Below, piece after piece: positions 59,947-60,111 of a stretch of DNA of 60,111 bases. Source of the DNA: Allosphingosinicella sp. (GTDB lineage Bacteria; Pseudomonadota; Alphaproteobacteria; Sphingomonadales; Sphingomonadaceae); contig JBKJZJ010000214.1 in NCBI GenBank assembly GCA_046715355.1, forward strand, positions 1 through 60,111. The letters are read 5' to 3'. The position numbers were made by a program, and so were the translations under genes. Below the pieces are notes generated by a model that saw only the letters and a list, made by a program, of their open reading frames with translations, was not told where the DNA came from and did no database searches. Numbering within the stretch: position 1 is the first letter of the stretch; each line of letters starts with the position of its first letter.

Positions 59947-60111
59947 CTTACAGGGGCCGCCCGGATATGGAACGTCCGCTTTCCACTGCCGATTCAGCCG
60001 GTCGTCGCAACACAGGCATTAAATCGCTCAGCGGGGGTTTCGTAGTCCAGAGTTTTTCTTGGCCGCTGGTTCATTTCTCTGGCTACCTCGTTGAGCCTCT
60101 CCTGGCTGTGC

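Overview
High-GC alphaproteobacterial DNA, probably Sphingomonadaceae (inferred from gene content and repeat types). The window has three parts. (1) Left arm, 1-16.4 kb: tRNA-Gly with tRNA-linked tandem repeats, an ECF sigma/anti-sigma pair, an unannotated 45-aa double-glycine CxC peptide in front of two cupin/HEAT-like proteins, nhaA, a type I secretion operon, and a five-gene signalling or immunity locus. That locus holds a Crp regulator, a TPR/degenerate cyclase protein, two paralogues with identical C-termini, a TIR-TM-TPR protein and two CRP-like boxes. (2) A genomic island of about 33.7 kb, 16463-50159, inserted at the 3' end of tRNA-Tyr and bounded by a perfect 23-bp direct repeat, with two decayed integrases. 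It carries an operon of membrane and coiled-coil proteins, a ClpB-like AAA+ ATPase, an orphan NrdG-like radical SAM enzyme, FHA, PP2C and a Ser/Thr kinase. It also carries a type III R-M defence cluster with extra nuclease, NDT/TIR-like and RelE-UvrD genes, and a PCAT peptide export cluster with two unannotated GA-leader peptides, a ParB/Srx-fold protein and a 2OG-Fe(II) oxygenase. (3) Right arm: rlmB, ferredoxin, AlkA-family glycosylase, a TorF/TerC/zinc-finger/LysR locus with a duplicated cis RNA motif, and an RTX/Ig secreted protein. The best candidates for undescribed systems are the two RiPP-like clusters, the AAA-rSAM-FHA-PP2C-kinase operon and the TIR/Crp locus. All calls come from reading motifs by eye; no database searches were run.
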